Positions 36,655 to 49,932 of a stretch of DNA of 64,000 nucleotides are shown here, piece after piece; positions within the stretch are counted from its first letter, which is position 1, and each line of letters begins with the position of its first letter. The notes beneath the pieces were generated by a model. That model did not search any database and was not told the origin of the DNA. It was given only the letters and a program-made list of their open reading frames with translations. The translations under genes and the position numbers were made by a program. The stretch is from NCBI GenBank assembly GCA_904063045.1, contig CAJFCJ010000019.1, positions 1,230,570 through 1,294,569 on the forward strand, written 5' to 3'. The DNA comes from Dimorphilus gyrociliatus. Lineage: Eukaryota > Animalia > Annelida.

Positions 36655-37375
36655 TTAATAATAGCAATCTCTGCATAATACGTTTTCTGTATCCCTGGTG
36701 ACTCTTTCAAACGGCCTGGTTTGGTGTACAAATTTACAGTTAATTTTTCAAAAAGCGAATTAATTAAGTAATTAATGATGAAATAAACTAACCAATCAGA
36801 GACGCATTTCTCACAGTATCCATTGGTGCATTTTCCACAAACAAATAGACAATTTGAACACAGTATTTTTAGGCATGATAAACATCTTTCAGTTTTCATC
36901 TTTGTCAAACATCCGCAACGATAGGCATTTAACGCTATACATATATGACATGTATACTGTACATAAATTTAATTACGTATTTGCTCTTTACTTACTGTAA
37001 CTCCTATCAGCTTTTTGCTCTACCTCATTTGTCAGTTTTATCATCCCCCCAGAAGATTGAATGAAACGTTGACCGACTAATAGGGAATTCGATAAGGCGG
37101 ATGGAACTTCTCTTGGAGGTGTCGTTGGCAGATCAATGCAAGGCGGTTGATTTATCTTTGAGCCTTCGTAGAGAAGGTTTCTTGTACGTTCTAGACAAAG
37201 TTTTTATAAGTAGAGAGTTCAGTCAACTTTCATAATATGGACACAACGCTTACTAACCATAAACTTTACGCATATTCTGCAAGTTTGCAACTCCTTTGTC
37301 AACTTTTTTGTCTGTAATATGCCATTTTTCTTGAGTTTCAAATGTAGTTGAAAACGGATACTCTCTCTTTGTCAT
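36655..37375 (-). CDS. SIVA1: Apoptosis regulatory protein Siva (4 exons; only partly captured by the ORF track)
   Basis: Spliced product MTKREYPFSTTFETQEKWHI...KVYERTRNLLYEG...CLSCLKILCSNCLFVCGKCTNGYCEKC...VLCRDCYY. This matches the Siva N-terminus and C-terminal Zn-finger pattern. Exons approximately 37258-37375, 36996-37190, 36793-36934 and 36655-36715. Confidence 0.85.
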
Positions 37376-37482
37376 ATCTAAGTTAAAATAATGTTTAACT
37401 TAAAAATTTAGGGCAAACTTAAAATGTCAACTGGTATATATTAGCAAAAGATTAAACCGGAAATGAAATAGCAGATAAAAAA
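37376..37482. promoter_or_regulatory. 107-bp bidirectional promoter SIVA1/GRIPAP1 with ETS-like CCGGAAAT at 37457-37464
   Basis: Divergent start codons with a central GGAA motif. Confidence 0.55.
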
Positions 37483-40400
37483 ATGGCGTCTGCATCGTCA
37501 ATATCCGAAGAAGAATTTCTGTTTTTACAGGCACTACATTTTTATTTTTTATTCTATGCCATTTTAAATGGTCCGGAATATTATGAAAATTTTATTCGTT
37601 TTTTCTGACATAAATCTGAAGTTTCAACAAATCATCATTTAACTAGATGTCACAAATTTATCAAATCAGTTGTTCACTTAATTATCATTTCTTGAACTAA
37701 TTCGAATGCTGTAGCTTCACAATCTCCATATATTTTGAATAAACTTAATATGCTTATTTTTATCTATTAGAAAAATTATTTACAAATTTAGATGAGACTG
37801 CCTAAAAATTAATTTTAATTTTTCCATTAGAATCAAATATTGGAACTGAAGACAAACAATTACCAGCTGGAAGAAAACTGCAGTAAACAGGAAAAAGGTT
37901 TACTATCAAATATAAATATATATATATGTGGAATACATTTATAAATTATTGATTATTTCATATAGAATTGAAAGCTATTAAAGAGATATTAGATGTAAAA
38001 GAAAGAGATTTGGATAAAGCTAACAAGGTAGTTAATTTTGGAACATTTCCAAATTCGCAATAAATTAGATACTAATTTATGTACAAATTTGTCAAAATCG
38101 AATTCAGATTATATCAAAGAGTAAAAAGTCAAAGGAAGTTGAATTGTTGATTCAGGAGAATAATATTTTACAAAAAAAGCTTGGATCTCAAGAAGATGAC
38201 TTTCGTTTACAGAACGAAACTATTATGAAAGAGTTAAACTATTATATAACACAACATGAGGAATTAGAGCAGTCAATGAATAGGTTTAAATTTCTCTCTC
38301 TCTTTCTCTCTCTTCCTTTCTGTTCTACTATTTATTTAATTAAAACAGATTAAAGACTGACGATAATACAGTATCAACTACTAAAATCACTGAGAATGGA
38401 TCAAAGGAGTTGGAGCAGGAGGTTCTACGATTAAATGCTGAAAAGACTGCCTTACAAAAGAATCTAGATAATATTGAATCGGAACACGACGATGAAGTAC
38501 GCCAATTAAAAAGTAATATTATTGAGTTGGAAGCCGAATGTATTAAATTATCCGGTAAAAGAGCAAGACCTATTGGGGGCGTTGACGGGTATATAAATTC
38601 AATTCAATTTACTTTCTGACACCCCCATTCTTAATGTTTATTCTTTTAATTTCCAGTGAAAGGTCGATTGATGGTGATTCCGATAAGGAAACAACTGACG
38701 AAGCCGATTCATCAATTCTTAATCAGAGTAGTTTAATGGCTGACAATTCCACCTATTTAAAGCAAATAAAAAGTATCCATTTAAAAAATAACAATAAATA
38801 CAATCTTATCGAAGATAATTAATTTATTTTCTCTCTTGATAGGTCTTAATCTCAGTTTAGATACTGAGAAAGAAGAAAAGCGTCTTCTTGCCAATCAATT
38901 ATCTGAATTAGAAAAGAAATATAACGAGGAAACGGAAAAGCTGCAAAATGAAAAGGAATCACTTCGAGAAAAATTACGAAAGAAACAAGAAAGTTTAGCT
39001 CAAATTGGAGAGGAAAAGGAGAAAATCTATTCTGAGTTAACGTAAGTATTAAATGAAAGTTTTGTTTATTGTGAAAAGAAATAAATTAAATGGATATTAT
39101 ATTAAAAAATAGGACTAGAGTTGAAGAATTAAATAAAAAACTCCTAAATAATCACGAAGAAATTCAAGCTGAACGCGAGAAATGGAAAACTACGGATAGC
39201 GAAATTATTGAGTTAAGGATAAATGCTGATAATTATTTGGCAAAAAATAAAAGTTTACAAGCAGAAAATGATACTTTACACGAAAAATTAAAAGAACTTT
39301 TGATAAAGGTTGAAGAGGAAGAAAAACAGGCATTAGAATTTAAAAAGTTAGCTGAAAAGAGGAAATCTCTACTAGAGGAGGTTGTACAAAAACAACAAAC
39401 GGAAGCTGATTCCCATAGAAATACTTTAAAGGAAATGAACGAATCTCAAGCGAAATTAGAAGAAGAATATAAATTAAAAATTGACGAATTGAAAATTTCC
39501 CTATCAGATGTTCAAAAAGTCGCAAAAAACTGTTCAAAATTCGAAAATCTAGTACGATAATCTTTAGATTTATATATTAGACAAAAATTCTTAAACTTTT
39601 TTTTTTTAGGTGTCTTCTTTAGAGGAAGCTAAAGGTTGGCTAGAGAGGAGATTAGAGGATACCGAAAAGGAATTTAATCAATTTAAAGAAACTACCGAAA
39701 AATCTTTTCAGGAATTAGAAGAAAAACATTCCAAAGAGTTGAAAGACATGAAGGATGAACACACGGAAGAGTTTGAACAATCAATGGAATTAGTAGAGTT
39801 ACATAAAGCAAAAAACAATGAATTTGAAGAGAAAATTCAGCAACTGCAACAAGTAAATTGAAAATAATTAATGTTATTTTATTCTATTTCTTTACTTTAT
39901 GTTATTTATTTTATCGTATAGAATATCAGCGATAGCATTGATGAAAGGCGATTGCACGAAAAGAAAGGGATGACAGTTGTTAAAGATTTAAAAAGACAAT
40001 TACAAAGTGAAAAAAAACGTACGGAGAAATTACAAGAAAGACTTCAAGAAGTTCTTAGTAAATACGACGTTCCTGTAGATTTAACTACTGAACGTGATAG
40101 AGAAGGTTCCGTATGTTCAGCTTCAATATCACAAATGTCACAAATTTCACCTGATAATTACGAAGAAGAGAATACTGAATTAATGAAACGTTTAGCTAAG
40201 TCAATGGAAGAAAAGGACACTTTATTAGAGAGAGTACAATATTTAGAATCAAATAATTCAGCAATGGCCGAAGATTTACTCAGGAAACAATCGTTAATCG
40301 ATCATTTCAATATGCATAAACAATTTGGTAAGTGCAATAAAAGTATTTTAAGGACAAATAAAAAATGACTGCGAAACATTAGAAATACTTGAAAAAACTT

Positions 40401-40792
40401 TTAAAAATCCAAATAAATCAATAACTTCCTTTCTCTTTTATTTTTAAATTATCGTTTGTTTTTGTTCCAACTTGAAAATTTCAATATTTCAACAGGGCAA
40501 CAACAATCTCAAAATGAAGCGTCTAGTCTCCTCCGCAAAGTCGTTGATCTTGTTAAAGACGAAGGTTCTGGCTCTCGAGAAATAAATAAAAAATTACAAT
40601 TGATGCTAGAGGAAACACTAATGAAAAATGTTCATCTACAAGAGGTTTTTATTCATCCTTTTTTAATTAAATTTTTATAATATCATAAATAATATAATAT
40701 TTCTTTTTCTTATATTTTCTCAACAGAACTTAGAGACACTATCCCGCGAAGTTGTCAGGCTGAGTAAGCCAATAGAAGAAATTCAGAATTAA
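37483..40792 (+). CDS. GRIPAP1: GRIP1-associated protein 1 (GRASP-1)
   Basis: MASASSISEEEFLFLQ|NQILELKTNNYQL, then SQEDDFRLQNETIM, KGWLERRL and LEETLMKNVHLQE|NLETLSREVVRLSK, with long coiled coils. Confidence 0.9.
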
Positions 40793-41509
40793 TGACAAAA
40801 AAAAAAACAATTAAAAATACTAATCATTCCTGAACTAATTTTCGATTAATCTACTAAGAAACTTTAACTACAAATCGGAAAAGAAATAATATAAATTAAT
40901 TATTAGTTAAACAATCATGAAAAAATATGATTTCCTTTATGCTCTTCGTCCTCTTCAGGTGCTTTTTTAATAAGTCTCCTAGAAAGAAGGTTGCTTGTTA
41001 CACTAATATATATATATATACATAAAGAAAATAATCTATGGGATTTGTACCTTTTGCTTGATCCTTGTTTAATTTTCTTTCGGCATATGATTGCAGTTTT
41101 TTTAAGTTATTTTTGTTATTGTTTCTTTTAAGGGAAAAAAGGTTTTCCATGAAAACAATCTAGATTATAAAAAGATACTTTTGGTTCAATTTTTTAAAAT
41201 TTTAAATACAAAACAATTTAAAATATAACATAATTTAATTGCTACTTTAACAGATTCGGAAAACTGATTTTATGCAAACAGAAAACTAAGTTTATGCTGA
41301 AAAAAAGGCGGCATTTACACTAGCTTACTAAACCTCTACTCCTTTTGTATAAATATATGATGGAATCCATACTTTATTAAATGTAAAAGCATTGAGAACA
41401 TATTAAATACTAAAAATATATTAAACATATCTTGTATGCATGTATGTATATACATTTAGTAAATAATTAAAACCAACAAGTCGAAGATTTCTCTTTCAAG
41501 CTCAAATCT

Positions 41510-43196
41510 TTTTTTAAAACCAGTAAATATTGTCTATGAGTATACAGGATCAGTTGAAGTATTGTTACTGCCATATTGGATTTCATCTTCATCTTGTAAT
41601 AGTCTTTCAGATTCGTCTGCTTCATTTTGGAAAGGTGACTGTAAATGATTTTCATCATCTACTCTACAGCCAACTTTTCTCCTTAGCCATGGCATAAACA
41701 GTAGATTGTTATAAACAATCATACCCATAATCAAAAAGGCGAATCCCGCCAATTGCATGAAGAACTCTTTCACGTCGAAAGGTCTCCATTTAACTGATAG
41801 GGAAAATATCCAAATTACAAGTGTTCTCATTGAATCAAGTACCATTCTTGTTGTTGCGCTGAGCTCTTTAGTCACGCTGATACCAGCGAAATTAAATACG
41901 GCTATACTGACCATGTTACCAAGAGTACCTACGAGGATGGCCGAATTCTGACCCATCATTGCAAAAGCATCAAGTGAGTTCTCCACTCGTCCGTGTGGAT
42001 CAGTCGTTAGCGGGTTATTTGGATTAGTAATTTTGATATAATAGAAGGGAATGAGTAGAAGGCCGAGAGTAAGAAGTCCAAAAAGACCTGTAAAACAACA
42101 TTGGTATGAAATGATGCTGAGCAGATCATTGAAAATTCATTCAACCTTCGAAGCCAACTGCAAGTAAAGCTGGAACGTTATATTTCATGACAAACTTTTC
42201 TTCGTACACCATTTGAGATGCTGTGACAATCTGGGCGGCACATATAAGCAAATCACCCGATATTATACCATTAACGTCGGAACTTCTTTCCGAGGAACTT
42301 TTCCTAAATACAACATCTGACAAACCAACGAGAACCAAACCAACGAGAACAACAACCATACCAAACCACATGAACGATCTGATTTTTCTACCCAAAAATG
42401 CGACTGATAAGAGTGCAGTAAATATCATCACTGAACCTCGAAGCATTTGAAAACTGGATGCAAATGTTAAATTCAAACCAACGTACATAATGGAAGTTGC
42501 ACACATGTCACATAGTGCTGGAGGGTAGAATATGAACGGATTGAACCTCGACACTTGAATGGGATTCCCCTTTCGAGACCGATAACAAAACAATAATCCA
42601 AAGGCAATGAGACAAGAAAATTCTCCAATAAACATTCCGACTGCCTGCGTTTTTTTCGTTTGCATTGGGAAAAGGCAAAGGGAATTTTAAGCAGTTTGTC
42701 ATTTCATATTTGTATTGTTCAGTTGTCGACAACTGACACAAGATTATTAATCATTCCGCCTACCACGAGTTTGTATGCTTAAAGAAAAAGAGAAAAAGTT
42801 TAACCTGAAGGAAAGGATGATCGAACTTTCTTGGAGGTAAATTTGGATAAACACCTTTTGCTTCTGAACGATCTGCCCATCTTTTTTAATAAATAGAATA
42901 TTTTTAGCATATAAACAAAGACGAAAGTAAAGAACCTATTCAAAATGTAACATACTTGGCCGATAAAGTATTTATCGATCCTGCAACAAGCATCAAGAAT
43001 GCTAAGAAGATACGATACATTGTCCAATTTGATTGGGAGGGCATGTTGATTGTTTTCCACTTATTACAATACTCGAAACACGATGATAAACAAATAAACT
43101 AATCGGTCATATGACTTCACACAGAGACCTCTATTTGAAAATTTTAGATAGATCGACATAAAAGTGCTCTATTTTCCGTTCCGAAGAAAAGCAGAC
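41510..43196 (-). repeat. Right arm of the inverted segmental duplication (partner 30282-31965)
   Basis: Direct reverse-complement comparison. Confidence 0.95.
41534..43044 (-). CDS. SLC35F6: Solute carrier 35F6, copy B (inverted duplicate of copy A)
   Basis: Same exon structure and sequence as 30430-31941 except for a few substitutions. Confidence 0.95.
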
Positions 43197-43882
43197 AAAA
43201 TCTTTTCGATAGAAATGTTAGATGATAAATCACAAAAGCCTATTTTTTTTTTAAATTATTGGATAGATTACTTAGTTAGACATCCGAATTAAATCTAATT
43301 TCAAATTACAGCATCTCAATTATGCAACAAAACCTCTTTACGCTTTATCATCAACTTCAATTAATCAGATAAGAACAAGATTAACCCCTTAGATCTCTTA
43401 AAAATCACATCCAGACTTATCTTTAGTAGAGAAAATTTCGGAAAATCTACTTAAATCTTTTAAAATCGAACAGGCATCAACTGGAAAATATGATAATTTG
43501 TAGTGGGTTTTTAGAAGACATAATTGGTGAAGAAAAGTACTATGCTGATCTTGAAAATCACTGTTTTACACCCTTTTTTCTTTATCTAGGCCTATGTTCA
43601 TTACTAATTCTGAGAAAGATCTTAAAACAAACCTATTTTTAAGTTATCCAAACTTAAGATGAGAATCTTAGGAATTTTTATGCTAAATGACTTACTAATG
43701 TTCTTTTTTAAACTTCCTTTACCCTATTTTCGTTAAGGTCTAATTTAGAAAATAGGAAATATAATGTTTATTTAGTTGCTGATTAAAGAAATATTGTATA
43801 TCAAGATAATGAGAGGATTATTTATTATTTATTTATTGAATTATTGAATTTTTGCTGTTGAAATCAGAACGATATGTTATTA

Positions 43883-43918
<36 letters not shown>

Positions 43919-45970
43919 TTATATACTAATATATGTAACCCTATATACCAGTTTAGCTCTGTTTAATATATGTCAAAAAGAACATTTATGTTCTCTTCTT
44001 TAATTAAGTTTTTTTATTATAACATATAAAATTATAAAATTACACTTTTTTTTATGCAATTATCTCGTTAAAAGCTAGATAAGATAATATATTTAAAATC
44101 TTATTTCTTAAGCCTAACCTAATTTAATGAATAATAGTATTATCACTATTAAAAGATGAATAATATTATAAAAGATAGAATTTTATATTCAGTATTACAT
44201 TAAATAGTAATAAAATGAATAACTTAAAGATAAAAAATGATTTATTACTCTGTAAAAAATATTAATAAATATGTACTTCATAAAACATTTATTGTAATGG
44301 AAATAATATCATAAAGGGGAATATTTAACTTGGAATTTTTCCTACTCCTCGCTTTTACTTCCGGTGTTGTATTTTTTTTTAGTCTTATACGTGTACAAGT
44401 TATATTTGGGGGGAAAGTAGGCCTAATATCGCAAAGTATGCTTGTACGATAAGAGTTACACTTTCAGTAATAAAAGTGCAAAAAAATAATAGAAAGAGAC
44501 TGAGTGGATCTTTTTTAATAGTAAAGATAGATATATAGATAGACAGATAGATAGATAGATAGATTACAACCAAAAAAGAAAAGAGAGCGAGAGAGAGATA
44601 ATAATATATGATCATAGCACTAAACACTCAATAGGGTTATAATTTATTTTTAATCGAATTTTTTGTTTTTACAATAAGTACTTAAATAGAAATTTTCAAA
44701 AAAAGACAAAAGAATATAAACAAGAAAATAAAAGAGAGAAAAGTTAGATAGAGATTGAGAGATAGATAGATAGAGAAAGAGAGATCAATGTTTAAATAAT
44801 AGGCTTAATTTTTTTCCCTTTTCTACTTTTTTATTTTACATTGTTTTCATATCCTGTGTTTATATGTATATATATATAAATACACTTATACATATATACA
44901 TATATAAATATACATATATTTATATATACATGTATATATAATTACTATAGATAGTACAAAGTTTTTTTTTGTTCCCTTCTATTTTGTTTCTTTGTTGTTA
45001 TTGTTCTTGTTTTGGTTTCTATCAAAATAAGAATAGTTTTTCTCTTTAATTAAGGATTTGATAAGTAAAAGAAAATGTTAAAAGATATATAAATACTGTT
45101 TATATTCAATCAATAGGCAGCTTTCTTTCTCGATAGTATATTATTGTTTTAAATGTTAATCGAAAACGAATGAATAAGTTAAATCCTTAAGTTTCATTAT
45201 AAAAACTATAACCTATAAACTCTATATGCACAGTACATAGAGTATAAATTTTTTAACTATGTTATTTACTTAAAATAGGACGGATTATTGAATAAAAGAA
45301 ATACATATATATATATATATATATACAGCTATAGAAAGAGTAAGAAAATTAGTCATCGTACAAAATATAGCCTATGTAAGAAGAAAAGTAAAAATAAAAA
45401 GTTTCAAAGTTACTAAGATGTGAATAATCATTAAAAATATCCCTATCACGAAAAGGTGTATTAGTTGTATTAGTTCTAACTAACGGATTTACTTTATTAG
45501 ACCTATAATAAAAAAAAACATCCCTATGGGCGTTATCTTTTTCAATTGGGCTATTAACAAATAGAGTATAAAATTAAGCTTCCTTTGTTATTTTTACTTT
45601 CTTGTTAACAAATTGTATATTTAGAAAAATATATTATATGTTTCTTTCAATATCTTTCAAATGAAGAAAAAAAAATTTGCGGTATTTTTTTTTTTGCAGT
45701 CTTTTCAGAATTCTGCTTGAATTAATTAATTAGTATAAATACGATAATATATAAACAATACTATACATATTTATAAATATATATATAGTATGATAATAGG
45801 AAAAACAAATTAAAAAAAAAGGTTACAGTTCGGATAAACTTGATTAAATGTTCCTGCAGATAAGTTAAGACGAGAAATTTAGGCGGAATAGGCTATATTT
45901 TTGCGTTGTCTGCTTTCATTTTATTTCTAATATTAGTTGATTTGCTACTAAACTCTTCAATTTTTAATAA

Positions 45971-48900
45971 TTATAAATAAGTATTCTCTATCTGTGTACT
46001 TGCCTCCTTTGGTGAATCAGATATTTCGAAAACATCGGAATTTACTGGAGCTGTGTTATCTTCGCTAAGTGGTTTATCGGGTGTTAGTGGTCTCGGGTTT
46101 TGTTCCAGAATTTCAGTACTTTCTATTGAAGATACGTCCAATGTTATTTCCTTTTCCATTGAGTGATTATTAGGGTTTTTTGTACTTGTACTTTCTGAGC
46201 TACTACTATTCGTGGGAGATAAAGACAGTTTCTTTTTCTGATCGGGAGGGAGAGGAGCTGTTTGCTTTTTCCTGACTACATTTAAATCCGAAGAATCTGT
46301 CAATGATGATGAAAAACTTAGTGATGAGTGATTACTTGTTGCTATTCTCGTTTGTCTGTCCAAACATCCGTGGGCTTCTTTATGAAATGAGGTTGGGTCA
46401 GCCCCTAAAGAAATAAGACAGGATGACGTTGAATAAATGTCATTATAACTATCCCTAAGTGAAGGTGTCGAAGAATGGATATCTATTGAAAAAAAACAAA
46501 CGAAAAACGAAAAAAAGTGGTGCGCCATTAAAATCAAACCTATTTATATACACATGTATATACTTACTATCTATCGACCTTGTTAACCTAGGTGGTGGAA
46601 CAATAGCTGATAAAAAGAATAAAGCATTTTTTTAGTGAGTCGTTTAAAAAATCACGTATTAATTTTAAAATATTAACTTACCAGACGTAGGCTTGAATGA
46701 TTCTTGTACAATTTTAGTATTGAAGAAATAATCGTAATTGGTCAACAAAAATTCAGTAACTGTTGAACCTAGTTGAGTACTGATAAATCTTTCCTTCTCA
46801 TCCGTTCCATATGCCATTAGATTAGGTCCAATGACTATTGCTAAATTTCTTGCAGTCATCTTATTTACCCCTTGATTTATTTCTACGTCCTTTAAAAATT
46901 GGAAGAGAAATTGAATGTTTTTTCTATTGCTTTCCGGTAGATTATTGATAATCTTTCTAAAAGATGCTTTACGCTTTTCAATATCGGATTCTGAGTTGGC
47001 TATAGTCCAATCTTCGTAGTTTCCCGATAAAAGAAGAGGTTCAGGAAGTTCCCTTAAGTAATGTTTTAAAGCAGCAGCTGCCGTGTGAACATCAAAATTA
47101 CTTTTATCAAAATTGTCGGCATTCACGTCCAAAGCAGCCTTGAATCTCTTGAGACGAGAAGTACTTGCAGGCACTCTTAGTAAACCCTCTTCAGTCAGAC
47201 CGCCATTATTTCTAATAAGATCACAACACTTTTGTATAACGAATGCAATTTTAGTTTCTTTATCACAATGATCTTTTAATCTTCTACCAAATGATGGCTC
47301 TTCTTTTGCCTCCTCGTTGTTTTTTTTAATTATCTCTAAATTCTCTTTGATAATCTTTAAACAATCATTATGGTATGTTTCTTGCAGGTGAACTAATTTC
47401 GTAAACAATTCACAATGTGAAGATTCCTTTGCAGTAAATTCATATAATTCAGTACCTAAATCATTTCTTAACTGTTCCATTGAATTTAAGGCATCGTTCC
47501 TCTCTTTCTCTAAAGTAGCTATTTTTTCGCTATTCTGAGATTGAGCATTCGTTTGCCTAGAGGCCGATGTCAGTTTATTTTCGGCCATTTCATATTCTTG
47601 CTGGGCCTTTTTCAATTGGGACCGCGATTTGTGTATTTGGGGCTGACTCTTAAGAATATTTCCAATATCTTTTACAACAGCTTCGTGAATTTGTTTTTCG
47701 AAAAGGAATTTTTTATTCGCTAAATTTGCTTCTAAGCCAGCCATTTGTGATACTACTTGAACTAAAGGACTATTAATATTTTGATCAATGGAAGCGTTGC
47801 TCAAAGTATGGGCCGTCTCGTGGAATGCTAAAGATAGTCTATGCTCGGCATATTTCTTTTGTTTTTCCGTTGTCAAGTTGGGACCTTCGTATAACTTTGT
47901 TAGCGCTTTATTAATTACACTCATCGAGCTGAATACAGCGTCTACTCTTTCATTATATTTCTTTAGCTCCTCTGGTATAGCATCCTTCTTTTCATTTCTT
48001 TAAAAAGGAATAATAAACTTGTCATCAATCTAGGGGAGGAACCAGCACAAAAAGGCCTACGAAAATTAAGACTACACCTGACATATGATCAAACTATGTC
48101 AGTGTTAAAGCCATATAAGCCTATTAAGTCTAAAGTTAATCGTTTTCTACTATTAATGATAGTTAATAAGCGACTCAATGCAATAGCATATTCGTTTTTA
48201 ACACGACTTTAAATAAATATACAAAAACAGTAAATGCAATTATATGTATACAGTATATATATATGTTTTTTTCTCTTATCGATTTATGAATCTTTAAAGC
48301 AAATTCTCTACAAGAACAGGCTCAACTGTAAGATAATAGCTTAACACAAAAACGACTATTTTAAATCTATAATAAATACTTGATCCGACGGCTGGAAAAG
48401 ACTCGAAATCTATCCATAACATACGCCTTCTCCCACAATCATCGAAAATATGCACCATTCAATCTAAATTACACTTATCTATTATCAGTTGTAATATAAG
48501 AGCCGAGCTACTGTTAAAATTTTATGGGGATAAATTCATTTGACAGTCGACTTCTATTGAAAAGGTAAGGTTGTAAGTTACGTAGAACGTTCTATTATGA
48601 TGACGAATTGATTGTTAAAATCTTGCGTTATTTCAATGGCGTTCAATTATTATTCTTTTCGGAATTTATGACTAGGACTGATCCCCATTATTAAGATCGC
48701 TCTTTTTTTTATAGATAACAACGGGCCTTACCGAAGAGGAGTAATTTCTAGCTTCGATCTGGCCAAAAACGAACGAACTCGTACTCTCGGCATGTTTTCA
48801 CCTTCTCTTCCTCAGAAACGAATCAATACGGTTGTATAGATATAAAAAGTTTAGGCCGACCAGAAATATTTACCAAGGGTGATAGTCAACAGATGGCGTT

Positions 48901-49300
48901 GTGAATTCAGAATAATTATATATTTTTCTATGAAAAAGTTGATTTTATATTAAATTAAAGCTAGAATTTCCTTCCTCGAACGTTAGTCAAAACTGTCAAC
49001 ACTTTTTTGTATCAACTTTTCAACATTCTCCTTTCTGAAAGAGACTATAACGTATTTTTTGGGAATAAACGACTATAAAACTTATGAATAGCGTACATAT
49101 TCCATATCTTGGACTATTTCCTTAAACAAAGCAGTCTTGTATTTATTTCCTATTGTTATATACTTCATTAATATTCATGTATAGACTACTACTTTTAATT
49201 ATTATATTTTAGCATCCCAACTATAACAAGTGATATCTTACCTCACAAGATTGTTCTTCAAACGATTTACATTTTTTTTCACTTCTAATCCTTTAAACAT
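45971..49300 (-). CDS. BAR-RhoGAP of the RICH/nadrin family (ARHGAP17/ARHGAP44-like)
   Basis: BAR helices, then FGRRLKDH and EEGLLRVPASTSRLKR with the arginine finger intact, and NKMTARNLAIVIGPNL. C-terminal class I PDZ-type ending ENTYL. Candidate first coding exon 49242-49300; mini-exon 46568-46606. Confidence 0.88.
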
Positions 49301-49932
49301 TGTTTTCTTCTATGTGATTTTATTAACAGTAATCGTGTGAGTTATGTGAATCGAGAAAAACTGCATCCCCAAGTCTCGCACTGCGCCAAAGCCTAATTCA
49401 GTAGGCCAAATTAGTATGACTTAGAGAACTAACAAATGGATTCTACAAAAAAAATTGTCTTCAATTAATCTATTACTTTTTTTAATACTTGACTCTTCTA
49501 GCTAAGCTAAAAGCCATAAAACTGAATGACAACTCAGTCAAAACTCTTTTTTAAAAAATTCTATGCGGAACTTGTATTTCCGGTGAAAAAAAACGTGATG
49601 ATTGTCGTTTGTCGTAGCAGTTGTATTGCTCAGAATAATTTTTTAAATGCAAATGTTCACACAGTGACATAAAATACAGTATATACAAAATATAAAATTA
49701 AACTCTTTAACGAATGTGATAAGTGAATAAAAAGTTACTTCTACAAATGTTTTTACAAGTGTTGAATCAAAATAAATATGTGAGCTCAAAATGACATACT
49801 TTATTAATAACACAACACGTAAAAACCATTAAAAGAATAATGCTTAGTTGTTATAAATACAAATAAATTTTAAACAATGCTTTTTTTTAAGTATACGACA
49901 AACATCAAAACAGCAAATATTGGTGAAACACT

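Noticed and set aside
30282-43196. Hypothesis that the SLC35F6 duplicate is purely an assembly artefact
   Set aside because: The copies have distinct clustered substitutions at both ends and unrelated flanks, which an exact mis-join would not produce. Long reads are still needed for proof.
44300-44440. Exon-like segment with ACTTCCGG
   Set aside because: No consistent frame links it to the RhoGAP gene. It is more likely a promoter-type ETS site, and its target gene is unclear.
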